Assembly (NCBI GenBank): GCA_963811905.1
Contig: CAWETK010000011.1
Coordinates: 59,943 to 123,942, forward strand
Direction: 5' to 3'
Length of the DNA: 64,000 bases
From: an uncultured Ignavibacteria bacterium
GTDB lineage: Bacteria; Bacteroidota; Ignavibacteria; Ignavibacteriales; Ignavibacteriaceae
Part shown: piece by piece, positions 50,631-59,100 of the stretch
Position numbering within the stretch: the first letter of the stretch is position 1
Layout of the letters: every line of letters begins with the position of its first letter
The notes under the pieces: generated by a model
What the model saw: only the letters and a program-made list of their open reading frames with translations
Told to the model about the DNA's origin: nothing
Database searches by the model: none
Program-made: the position numbers and the translations under genes

Positions 50631-51310
50631 TTATGGAGTTCCAGTAAAACTAATTTCTTCCCTTTCTGGTTGCGTACATTAGTTGGTTTGTAGTAAAGGT
50701 CGAAAATAGTGGATTTCTTTATGTATGATTTGTACTTCATCTCGGCTTTCCGGTACTCTGTATCAAGGTCTCCTCCTTTGATGGCTGCAAGGTAAGCCTT
50801 TTCTTTAATCAATGGAAGCGCGTATCTGAATAGTATTATTAGTGGAACAGAGGCTCTGCTGACTATCAGGTCGAAACTGTCTTTGTATTTTTCGATGAAC
50901 CCGGGACTCTCTACCCTTTCGTTCTCAGCAATAACATTCCCGAGTTTTAATTTATCGATAAATTCTTCTACTGCGTTTATCTTCTTGTTCGTCGAATCAA
51001 CTAAAACACCCTGCAGCTCGGGCCGAAGAATTGCTAAAGGAATGCCCGGAAAACCGCCCCCGGTGCCGATATCCAGAAAATGCGTAGCCTTCTCCGGAAT
51101 GTACCTGGTTATGTAAGAGCAGAGAAAAACATGATTCTCAATAATGTTGCCGATATCCCGGCGTGAAATAAGATTAACTGACTCATTTTTTTCCGCAACT
51201 AATTCCGCAAAGTAAGCCAGACGTTCTACTTTCATTATGTCGGGAGTAAATCCGTTTTCCCAATAAAATGATTGTAATTCTTTTAGGTATTGTTCCTGAA
51301 CATCCACCAT
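50627..51310 (-). CDS. rsmG: 16S rRNA (guanine527-N7)-methyltransferase
   Basis: DIGTGGGFPGIPLAI is present. The gene sits immediately downstream of mnmG and overlaps murQ by 4 nt. Confidence 0.85.
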   Translation of the reverse strand: MVDVQEQYLKELQSFYWENGFTPDIMKVERLAYFAELVAEKNESVNLISRRDIGNIIENHVFLCSYITRYIPEKATHFLDIGTGGGFPGIPLAILRPELQGVLVDSTNKKINAVEEFIDKLKLGNVIAENERVESPGFIEKYKDSFDLIVSRASVPLIILFRYALPLIKEKAYLAAIKGGDLDTEYRKAEMKYKSYIKKSTIFDLYYKPTNVRNQKGKKLVLLELHK

Positions 51311-51324
51311 ATAAGTTCCCTAAA

Positions 51325-53220
51325 TTAGTTTTTCAAATATACCAATAAAATAGAAATATCTGAAGGTGTAACTCCTGAAATACGGCTTGCCTGGCCGATA
51401 GAGCGAGGTTTTATCCTGTTTAACTTCTCTCTTCCTTCAGTTGATAAGCCTTTTATTCCATAATAGTTTAATGTTAAAGGAATAATTACCCCCTCATATC
51501 TCTCAAGACGTAATATATTTTCTTCCTGTCTTTTTAAATATCCTTCATACTTTAATTCGATTTCAACCTGGTTAATGCAAACCGGGTCGTTTAATAATTC
51601 TTTAATTAATTTTTCTCCGCCGAAGCCGTTCACATTTAACAAATCACTAAGACAAATTTCCGGTCTTTTACACAGTTTTGAAATTGTTTCTGTTGAGTCA
51701 ATTCCGTTGAGTCCTTTTGATTCCAATAAAGGATTTATATCCCTGGCATGCAGCTTTAGTCTGTTAAGAAGTTCAATACTTGCTTTTACAAGAATATCTT
51801 TTTTATTCAGTTCTTCGTATTCCTCAGTGCTGATAAGTCCGAACTCATATCCATATTTCATAAGCCGGCGGTCGGCATTATCCTGCCTCAGAACCAAACG
51901 GTGTTCAGCTCTTGATGTAAACATCCGGTAAGGTTCTTCGGTGGATTTATTTACAAGATCGTCTATAAGAACCCCGATATAAGCTTCGCTTCTCTTTATA
52001 ACAAATTCCGGTTTTCCCTGAATTTTCAGAGCTGCATTTATACCGGCAACAATACCCTGTGCAGCAGCTTCTTCGTATCCGGAAGTCCCGTTTATTTGTC
52101 CTGCAAAATACAAACCCTTGATAAGTTTAGTCTCAAGAGTTAAATCCACCTGGTGAGGCGGAAAGAAATCATACTCGACAGCATAACCGGGACGAATCAT
52201 CTCTGCTTTTTCAAGTCCTTTGATTTCATGTATAGCCTCCAGCTGAATTTCTGCCGGCAGGGAAGAGGAGAATCCGTTTAAGTATATCAGATCGCTGTCG
52301 AGTCCTTCCGGCTCAAGGAAAAGCTGATGCTGTTTTTTATCGGAAAATCGAACAATTTTATCTTCTATTGAAGGACAGTACCTGGGCCCAACTCCTTTTA
52401 TCCTGCCTGTGAACATCGGGGAATCTTCAAATCCCTTTTCCAGTATCTTGTGTACTGTTTCGTTAGTATATGTAATATGACACGGAACCTGAGGTAAAAA
52501 CGGAAAATTGGTTTTGTCTGTTTTATATGAAAATGGCTGCGGATCCTCATCGCCAGGCTGAACCTCTACAATATCCCAGTTAATTGAGTTTTTTGCCAGC
52601 CGTGGTGGAGTTCCGGTCTTAAGTCTGCCTGATTCAAATCCCAGTTTTAATAATGCTTCTGTAATGCCGGTTGCCGGTTTTTCACCAAAACGGCCTCCGC
52701 TTGTGGAATTCAAACCTGTATGCATTAAACCGTTCAGGAAAGTTCCGGAAGATAAAACCACAACTTTGCATTTAATTTCTTTCCCGTTTGCAGTCAGTAC
52801 TCCCGTAATTCTGTTATCTTCGGTCAATATGTCTACCACAGCATCTTCAACTATGGAAAGGTTCGGAATGCTGCTTATAACATTGTATGCTTCTTCTGAA
52901 TAAAGTTTTCTGTCTGACTGACACCTTGGGGACCATACCGCCGGACCTTTTGATTTATTCAGCATTCTGAATTGTATTCCAGTTCTGTCGGCAATAATTC
53001 CCATCATTCCGCCGAGAGCATCGACCTCCCGGACAAGATGGCCTTTGGCAGTTCCGCCTATTGCCGGGTTGCAGGACATTCTGCCTATTGCATATTTGTC
53101 CATCGTCACTAAAGCAACGGAACAGCCCATATTTGCCGCCGAAGAGCTGGCTTCTATACCTGCATGGCCGCCTCCCACTACTACTATATCGAATTCATTA
53201 TTCATAAAATCCTGTTCCAC
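51325..53220 (-). CDS. mnmG: tRNA uridine 5-carboxymethylaminomethyl modification enzyme MnmG (GidA)
   Basis: It has FDIVVVGGGHAGIEA (FAD binding), GPRYCPSIEDK, and a C-terminal SRISGVTPSDI. Confidence 0.95.
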   Translation of the reverse strand: MEQDFMNNEFDIVVVGGGHAGIEASSSAANMGCSVALVTMDKYAIGRMSCNPAIGGTAKGHLVREVDALGGMMGIIADRTGIQFRMLNKSKGPAVWSPRCQSDRKLYSEEAYNVISSIPNLSIVEDAVVDILTEDNRITGVLTANGKEIKCKVVVLSSGTFLNGLMHTGLNSTSGGRFGEKPATGITEALLKLGFESGRLKTGTPPRLAKNSINWDIVEVQPGDEDPQPFSYKTDKTNFPFLPQVPCHITYTNETVHKILEKGFEDSPMFTGRIKGVGPRYCPSIEDKIVRFSDKKQHQLFLEPEGLDSDLIYLNGFSSSLPAEIQLEAIHEIKGLEKAEMIRPGYAVEYDFFPPHQVDLTLETKLIKGLYFAGQINGTSGYEEAAAQGIVAGINAALKIQGKPEFVIKRSEAYIGVLIDDLVNKSTEEPYRMFTSRAEHRLVLRQDNADRRLMKYGYEFGLISTEEYEELNKKDILVKASIELLNRLKLHARDINPLLESKGLNGIDSTETISKLCKRPEICLSDLLNVNGFGGEKLIKELLNDPVCINQVEIELKYEGYLKRQEENILRLERYEGVIIPLTLNYYGIKGLSTEGREKLNRIKPRSIGQASRISGVTPSDISILLVYLKN

Positions 53221-53273
53221 GTGGAACTATTTATAAAATTAATTGAAAAATACCTTGTTTGTTTCACGTGGAA

Positions 53274-54632
53274 CTACTTACCTATACAGAATTTTGTAAA
53301 AATATTGTTTAATATGTCGTCTGAAGTGACAATTCCTATAATTTCTCCAAGATCATCAGCCGCTTTTCTTAAATCCACAGAGATAAATTCTCCACTCATC
53401 CTGTTTTCTACTGATTCTTCAGCATTTTCCAGGGTTTCTTTTGCTTTTCGCAGGCATTCATAATGCCGGGAGTTGGAAACAATTGCACCTTTTTCACTAT
53501 AGGAAGAGGAACCAAGCGCCTTTTCTTTCATCATTAAAAACAAATTTTCAATACCTTCTCCTGAAAGAGCAGAAATAGCAGCATCATAATTTTCTGTGTC
53601 ATTATTCCCTAAATCAATTTTATTCAGGACCTTCAGGATTTTGTTTTCATCAGTAAGTTTTTTGATTTCCTCCAGTAATTCGTCAGATCTCCCTTGTTCT
53701 ACATCGCTGATCAATAGTACTAAATCTGCATCTTTTACTGCCTGTCTGCTGCGAAGAACACCTTCTATTTCAATAACATCTTCAGAGATCCGTATCCCTG
53801 CGGTATCATACAATCTAAAAAGAATTCCGTCAATCGAAACATCTTCTCTGATAATGTCCCTGGTAGTTCCCGGGATATGGCTGACTATAGCGCGCGATTC
53901 CTTCAGTATATAATTCAGCAGGGAAGATTTGCCTACATTCGGCTTTCCAACCAGTGCCGCATTTACGCCGTCTTTAAGTACTTTACCAAATGAATAGCTC
54001 TTTAACAAAGTTTCTATTTCTGTCCTTATTTTCTTAATTCTTTCGCTGAGTTCACCCAGATTCACGAATTCCACATCTTCTTCTGCAAAATCAAGTTCCA
54101 GCTCCACAAAAGAAGAAACATTTATGAGCGAACTCCGGATCTCATCAACTTTTTTGGAAAGCATCCCGTCGAGCTGGTTCCTCGCACCCCTCAGTGAAGC
54201 ATCTGTTCTTGACGATATTACATCAGCTACTGCTTCAGCCTGGGCAAGATCTATCCTGTTATTCAAATAAGCTCTTTTTGTAAATTCTCCCGGTTCAGCC
54301 TGCCTGGCTCCATTCCGAAGAAGGAGTTCTATAATTTGCTTTGATATTAAAGGATTTCCATGAGTGCTTATTTCTACAGAATCCTCTCCGGTATATGAAT
54401 GTGGATCCTTGAATACTGAAATCAATACATCATCAATCAAAACACCTCTTTCATTAACGATCTCACCATAATGAATAGTATGAGATTCCGAATCAGATAA
54501 TCGCTTTTTACCCCGGAATATTTTATCTGATATCTCAAAGGAAAGAGGGCCGCTGACCCGGATGACAGAAATTGCCCCGGCTCCCGAAGGAGTTGCAATT
54601 GCCGTAATTGTGTCTTCGGTATATTTATTCAT
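53274..54632 (-). CDS. mnmE: tRNA modification GTPase MnmE (TrmE)
   Basis: It has TIAAIATP, G1 GKPNVGKSSLLN, DTAGIR, and the C-terminal FCIGK. Confidence 0.95.
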   Translation of the reverse strand: MNKYTEDTITAIATPSGAGAISVIRVSGPLSFEISDKIFRGKKRLSDSESHTIHYGEIVNERGVLIDDVLISVFKDPHSYTGEDSVEISTHGNPLISKQIIELLLRNGARQAEPGEFTKRAYLNNRIDLAQAEAVADVISSRTDASLRGARNQLDGMLSKKVDEIRSSLINVSSFVELELDFAEEDVEFVNLGELSERIKKIRTEIETLLKSYSFGKVLKDGVNAALVGKPNVGKSSLLNYILKESRAIVSHIPGTTRDIIREDVSIDGILFRLYDTAGIRISEDVIEIEGVLRSRQAVKDADLVLLISDVEQGRSDELLEEIKKLTDENKILKVLNKIDLGNNDTENYDAAISALSGEGIENLFLMMKEKALGSSSYSEKGAIVSNSRHYECLRKAKETLENAEESVENRMSGEFISVDLRKAADDLGEIIGIVTSDDILNNIFTKFCIGK

Positions 54633-54871
54633 CTGGTTTAATTAGCAGAAACAAGTCTGCAAAAATATGGAAATAATTGTGCATTAACAATCCAAAGATT
54701 CGACGCTATGCTCAACTCATCCCTTCCTCCCCATCTTTCCGTCTCCCGTCTCCCCGTCACTCAGTCTCCCCATCTCTCAGTCCCTCAGTCTCTCCTGTCT
54801 CTTAGTCTCTCAGTCCCCCCGTCTCTCAATCCCTCCATCTCCGCGTCTCTCAACCTCTCCTTCCACTTTCC

Positions 54872-54923
54872 ACATACGTCTCACATACGTTCCACATACG
54901 TCCTACATACGTCTCATATACGT
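54872..54923 (+). repeat. Five phased copies of an 11-bp unit with core ACATACGT
   Basis: Cores are at 54872, 54883, 54894, 54905 and 54916 (the last is ATATACGT), giving an exact 11-bp spacing. Confidence 0.9.
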
Positions 54924-55113
54924 CCTACCTACCTTCCTCAAACGCTCAAAATATTTAATTGTCCCTCCTTCTCTCAGTCTCTCAATCCCTCCTTCTCTCC
55001 GTCTCTTAGTCACTCAGCCTCCCCGTCTCTCAGTCCCTCGTCTCTTAGTCTCTCCCTTCTCTCCGTCCCTTAGTCACTCAGTCCCCGTCTCTCAACCTCT
55101 CTTTCCACTTTCC

Positions 55114-55165
55114 ACATACGTCTCACATACGTTCCATATAGATCCTACATACGTCTCACATACGT
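55114..55165 (+). repeat. Second array of five phased 11-bp units with core ACATACGT
   Basis: Cores are at 55114, 55125, 55136 (degenerate ATATAGAT), 55147 and 55158. Confidence 0.9.
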
Positions 55166-55565
55166 CTTACCTTCCCTCCTTAAACACTCAAAAAGGGTCA
55201 GCCCCCGCCTTTCCTCAATCTCTCCGTCCCTTAGTCTCCCAATCTCTAAGCCCCTGGGTATCTTCCCCCGTCTCTCCGTCCCTCAGTCTCTCCGTCTCTC
55301 AGTCTCTCAGTCCCCCCGTCTCTAAGTCCCTTAGTCACATAACCCCCCGCCTCACCGTCTATACAAAATTTGTCCGGTTTATTGCCATTTTTATGATTCC
55401 GACTATCATTTTGTATATAAAGTCTGCCATTTTGTCAAACAGTATCCTTTGCAGTTCTATCCTCGTAACTCTTTATGATATATATTGTTATAGGAATTCT
55501 AAGCGGCTGGCATTTTAGTTGTTACAGTGTAAATGACATTAAAAATTATAAAGGAGGAAAAAATT

Positions 55566-56030
55566 ATGGCAATAGTAAGATGGAATCCTTCAAAGGATTT
55601 ATTAAACATTGAACGTGAGTTCAATAGAGTGTTCAATTCTTTTAATAGAAGATTTGGTTTTGGAGATTCTGATGAAGAAGTGGCTGAATATGAAAATGCT
55701 GTATGGTCTCCTCTTACTGATATTACTGAAGATGAGGATGGCTATAAACTGAAGCTTGATCTTCCTGGTGTGAAAAAAGAAGATGTGAAAATAAATTATG
55801 AAAATGGTCAGCTGTCAATAAGCGGAGAAAGAAAACAGGAGACTGAGAAAAAGAATTCAAAATACCACAGGGTTGAAAGATCATACGGCAGGTACTTCAG
55901 ATCTTTTAATCTTCCTTCAAAAATTCAGGAAGATAAAATCGATGCTGAATTTAAGGACGGACAATTAACCATTACCGTTCCTAAATCCGAAGAAGCAAAA
56001 CCAAAACAAATTGAAGTTAAAGTAAAATAA
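55566..56030 (+). CDS. Hsp20/alpha-crystallin small heat-shock protein
   Basis: An AGGAGG RBS precedes ATG 55566 (MAIVRWNP). The alpha-crystallin core reads DITEDEDGYKLKLDLPGVKKEDV...GQLSISGERK...AEFKDGQLTITVPK. Confidence 0.9.
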   Translation: MAIVRWNPSKDLLNIEREFNRVFNSFNRRFGFGDSDEEVAEYENAVWSPLTDITEDEDGYKLKLDLPGVKKEDVKINYENGQLSISGERKQETEKKNSKYHRVERSYGRYFRSFNLPSKIQEDKIDAEFKDGQLTITVPKSEEAKPKQIEVKVK

Positions 56031-56073
56031 GCTTATCTGTAAATCAGAAAGCCGGAATTCTATAATTGCTGTA

Positions 56074-56110
56074 AGGGCAGCTGAAGGTTTGTTCGGCTGC
56101 CCTTTTTGTT
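56074..56110 (+). terminator. Rho-independent terminator after hsp20
   Basis: AGGGCAGC (56074-56081), loop, GCTGCCCT (56096-56103), then a T-run. Confidence 0.6.
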
Positions 56111-56169
56111 ATTAAACAGAAACTTAATATCCTGTTCTGTTTATATTTTGAAATACAGGAAAAATAAAT

Positions 56170-57114
56170 ATGGACTTTAGAGACTATTACAAAATACTCG
56201 GCGTTGAAAAGGATGCTACACAGGAAGAAATTAAGAAGGCTTACCGTAAGCTTGCGCTGAAGTATCATCCCGACAGGAACCCCGATAATAAACAGGCTGA
56301 AGAAAAGTTTAAAGAGATCACTGAGGCAAATGAAGTCTTAAGCGATCCTGAAAAGCGTAAAAAATATGATCGGCTTGGTGCTAACTGGAAAAATTACCAG
56401 CAGCCGGGAGCCGGCGGTCCGGGTATGGAGGATTTTTACAGTCAGTTCGGCGGTAGTGGAGGCGGAAGAACACAATACCAGTACTCGGGTGATCTTGGTG
56501 ATATGTTCGGCAATATCGGTGGTTTCTCGGATTTCTTCGAAAGTTTCTTCGGTGGTAGAGGCGCCGGCGCTCAGCGTAATCCTTTTACTTCTGCTAAGAA
56601 AGGACAGGATTACGAGGCAAATCTGAACTTGACTCTTGAGGAAGTGCATAATGGTGTAGACAGAACAATTAGTGTCGATGGTAAAAAACTCAAAGTTAAA
56701 ATTGAATCCGGGACAAGAGATAAAACTAAGCTCAGACTCCGTGGAATGGGCGCTTCGGGAAGTAGTGGAGGGGAAAAAGGTGATTTATACCTTAATATCC
56801 ATGTACTGGATCATCCCTTCTACGAGGTGAAAGAGAACGACCTGTATTATAACCTGGATGTCGATCTTTATACAGCTGTGCTTGGCGGCAATGTACAGAT
56901 ACAGACACTGGATCATAAAACATTAAGTATTGTTATACCGCCTGAAACTGATAATGGAAAACTATTGAAGCTTCGGGGTCAGGGAATGTTCAGGCAGGAT
57001 AATAAAAGTAAGCGCGGTGATCTTTATATAAGAATATTGGTTCAGATACCAAAACATCTTTCAAAAGAAGAAAAGGAATTATTTAAAAAATTATCTCAAT
57101 TAAGAAAGGACTAA
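56170..57114 (+). CDS. cbpA: J-domain co-chaperone of the CbpA type (no zinc-finger domain)
   Basis: DYYKILGV...[14 protein letters not shown] has the HPD motif. A G/F-rich linker follows. There are no CxxCxGxG repeats, and the C-terminal substrate-binding domains are present. Confidence 0.8.
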   Translation: MDFRDYYKILGVEKDATQEEIKKAYRKLALKYHPDRNPDNKQAEEKFKEITEANEVLSDPEKRKKYDRLGANWKNYQQPGAGGPGMEDFYSQFGGSGGGRTQYQYSGDLGDMFGNIGGFSDFFESFFGGRGAGAQRNPFTSAKKGQDYEANLNLTLEEVHNGVDRTISVDGKKLKVKIESGTRDKTKLRLRGMGASGSSGGEKGDLYLNIHVLDHPFYEVKENDLYYNLDVDLYTAVLGGNVQIQTLDHKTLSIVIPPETDNGKLLKLRGQGMFRQDNKSKRGDLYIRILVQIPKHLSKEEKELFKKLSQLRKD

Positions 57115-57125
57115 AGGAGTTAGGA

Positions 57126-59036
57126 ATGAGTAAGACTTCAACATCTCACAAATATGAATTTAAAGCTGAAGTTAAGCAGCTTCTCGATATCCTCGTGCAT
57201 TCACTCTACACAAGCAGGGAAATATTTCTAAGGGAATTGATATCAAATTCCTCAGATGCACTCGATAAGTTGCGGTTTGAATCAACCCGCGGAACTGAAA
57301 TTGAAGATAAAGATCTTCCTCTCGAAATACATGTGAATTTTAATGAAAAGAAAAAGCTGATTACCGTCTCCGATACCGGAATAGGTATGACAAAGGATGA
57401 ATTGATAAAGAATATCGGGACTATTGCAAAGTCAGGATCATCCGAATTCATTAAACAGCTCCAGGAAAATAAATCTGAAGCAAATAATATAATAGGAAAG
57501 TTCGGTGTTGGATTTTATTCTGTCTTTATGGTTGCCGATGAAGTCATTATTAAGACAAAATCATTCAGGAAAAACACAAAGCCGGTAGAGTGGAAATCTA
57601 ATGGACTGGGTGACTATGAAATTATTGAACCTGATGAAAAACTCAAACGCGGAACTATAATAGAGATCCACCTTAAGGAAGAGGCAAAGGATTTTGCTGA
57701 TAAATACAGACTTGAGACTATTATAAAGAAACATTCTAACTTTGTTAACTCCCCGATTTATCTTGAGAAAGAGAAGATAAACACGGTATCGGCAATTTGG
57801 CGGGAACCTAAAAGCAGTGTAAAAAAGGAACAGTACACTGAATTTTATAAGTTCTTAACTCACGATCCTGATGAACCTATGGATGTACTCCATAACTCTG
57901 TTGATGCTCCTATACAGTTCCATAGCTTGCTCTTCATTCCTAAAAAGAATTTTGATCTTTTTGGCTTCAACAGGGAAGACTATGGCTTGGATTTGTATGT
58001 GCGCAGAGTCCTTATCCAGCATCAGAATAAAGACCTGATGCCGGAATATTTACGATTCGTAAAAGGCGTCGTTGAATCAGAAGACCTGCCTCTGAATATT
58101 TCAAGAGAAACTCTTCAGGAAAACATAATTTTCACCAAGATCTCAAACACGGTAACAAGCCAGGTGCTGTCATACCTCATTAAGAAAGCTAAGGATAATC
58201 CTGAAGAATATATTGAGTTCTGGAATGAGCATGGTAAGTACCTTAAGCTTGGCTATGGTGACTTCACCAATATGGATAAGATTAAAGAACTGCTCCGTTT
58301 TAATTCATCCCATAATGATGATGAAAAAGGACTGACTTCTCTTGAAGAATATGTTTCGAGATTTAAAGAAGGACAGAAAGAAATCTATTACGCTCTCGGT
58401 TCAGGTAGACAGGCTATCGGGCAGGACCCTCACCTTGAAATCTTTAAGAATAAAGAGCTTGAAGTGCTCTATCTTTATGATCCTGTTGATGAATTCGTTC
58501 TTTCTTCACTAAGAAAATACAAGGATTTTGAATTTAAACCGGTAGATTCTGTCGACCTTAAGAACATTGAATCATTCAAGGAAACTGAAGAGAAAAAGGA
58601 AAAACCAGCTGAATTGACCAAAGATGACCAGCTTCATTTTGACAGCCTTATATCGAGAATTAAGGAAATTCTGGGTGATAGGGTAACTGATGTTAGAAAA
58701 TCGGACAGACTCAGCGGCAGTCCTGCTATTCTTGTAAATCCTGATGATTCAATGTCATCCTCTATGCAGAAGATGATGCGGATGATGAATAAGGAGATGG
58801 AAGTTCCTAAGAAGGTCTTCGAAATCAACAGAGATCATAAGCTTATCAGGAATCTGCTGAAAGTATTTAAGGCAGATAGAAATGATGAGTATATCAATAA
58901 TGTGGTAGAGGAATTATTTGAGTCGGCCCTGCTTCTCGAGGGAGATCTGATGGATCCTCACAGATTGGTAAGCAAAATAAACCAGATGCTTGAACAGTCG
59001 AGCGATTGGTACACTGAAGTTAAAAAGATAAACTGA
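57126..59036 (+). CDS. htpG: Hsp90-family chaperone HtpG
   Basis: FKAEVKQLLDILVHSLYTSREIFLRELISNSSDALDK; GIGMTKDEL; GKFGVGFYS. Confidence 0.95.
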   Translation: MSKTSTSHKYEFKAEVKQLLDILVHSLYTSREIFLRELISNSSDALDKLRFESTRGTEIEDKDLPLEIHVNFNEKKKLITVSDTGIGMTKDELIKNIGTIAKSGSSEFIKQLQENKSEANNIIGKFGVGFYSVFMVADEVIIKTKSFRKNTKPVEWKSNGLGDYEIIEPDEKLKRGTIIEIHLKEEAKDFADKYRLETIIKKHSNFVNSPIYLEKEKINTVSAIWREPKSSVKKEQYTEFYKFLTHDPDEPMDVLHNSVDAPIQFHSLLFIPKKNFDLFGFNREDYGLDLYVRRVLIQHQNKDLMPEYLRFVKGVVESEDLPLNISRETLQENIIFTKISNTVTSQVLSYLIKKAKDNPEEYIEFWNEHGKYLKLGYGDFTNMDKIKELLRFNSSHNDDEKGLTSLEEYVSRFKEGQKEIYYALGSGRQAIGQDPHLEIFKNKELEVLYLYDPVDEFVLSSLRKYKDFEFKPVDSVDLKNIESFKETEEKKEKPAELTKDDQLHFDSLISRIKEILGDRVTDVRKSDRLSGSPAILVNPDDSMSSSMQKMMRMMNKEMEVPKKVFEINRDHKLIRNLLKVFKADRNDEYINNVVEELFESALLLEGDLMDPHRLVSKINQMLEQSSDWYTEVKKIN

Positions 59037-59100
59037 GTTGATTAATAAAGTTCAGATATGGTGGAATTTATGATCAGACTCTTAAGAAGGAATAGATGAT

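Larger units (their letters stand above)
54716..55350 (+). repeat. Pyrimidine-only-like low-complexity tract on the plus strand, organised as 2.5 copies of a ~240-bp composite repeat
   Basis: The plus strand is overwhelmingly C/T. The GTCTC motif recurs at least 8 times between 54741 and 54850, always in one orientation. Composite units run ~54716-54960 and ~54961-55198, with a partial unit at 55199-55350. Confidence 0.9.

Noticed and set aside
54708-55073. A 121-aa Ser/Leu/Pro-rich ORF inside the pyrimidine tract.
   Set aside because: Any frame of a C/T-only strand gives S/L/P/F codons without stops. There is no RBS, and the repeat structure is at the DNA level (8- and 11-bp units, not multiples of 3). 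It is treated as non-coding.
54633-55532. Chromosomal replication origin, because mnmG/mnmE/rsmG (gidA/trmE/gidB) neighbour oriC in many bacteria and genes diverge from this gap.
   Set aside because: No cluster of DnaA boxes was found: only the one-mismatch cTTTCCACA, once per composite repeat. There is no dnaA/dnaN nearby and no obvious 13-mer-type AT-rich unwinding element. Gene orientation elsewhere in the window is mixed. This cannot be excluded without a GC-skew analysis of the whole genome.
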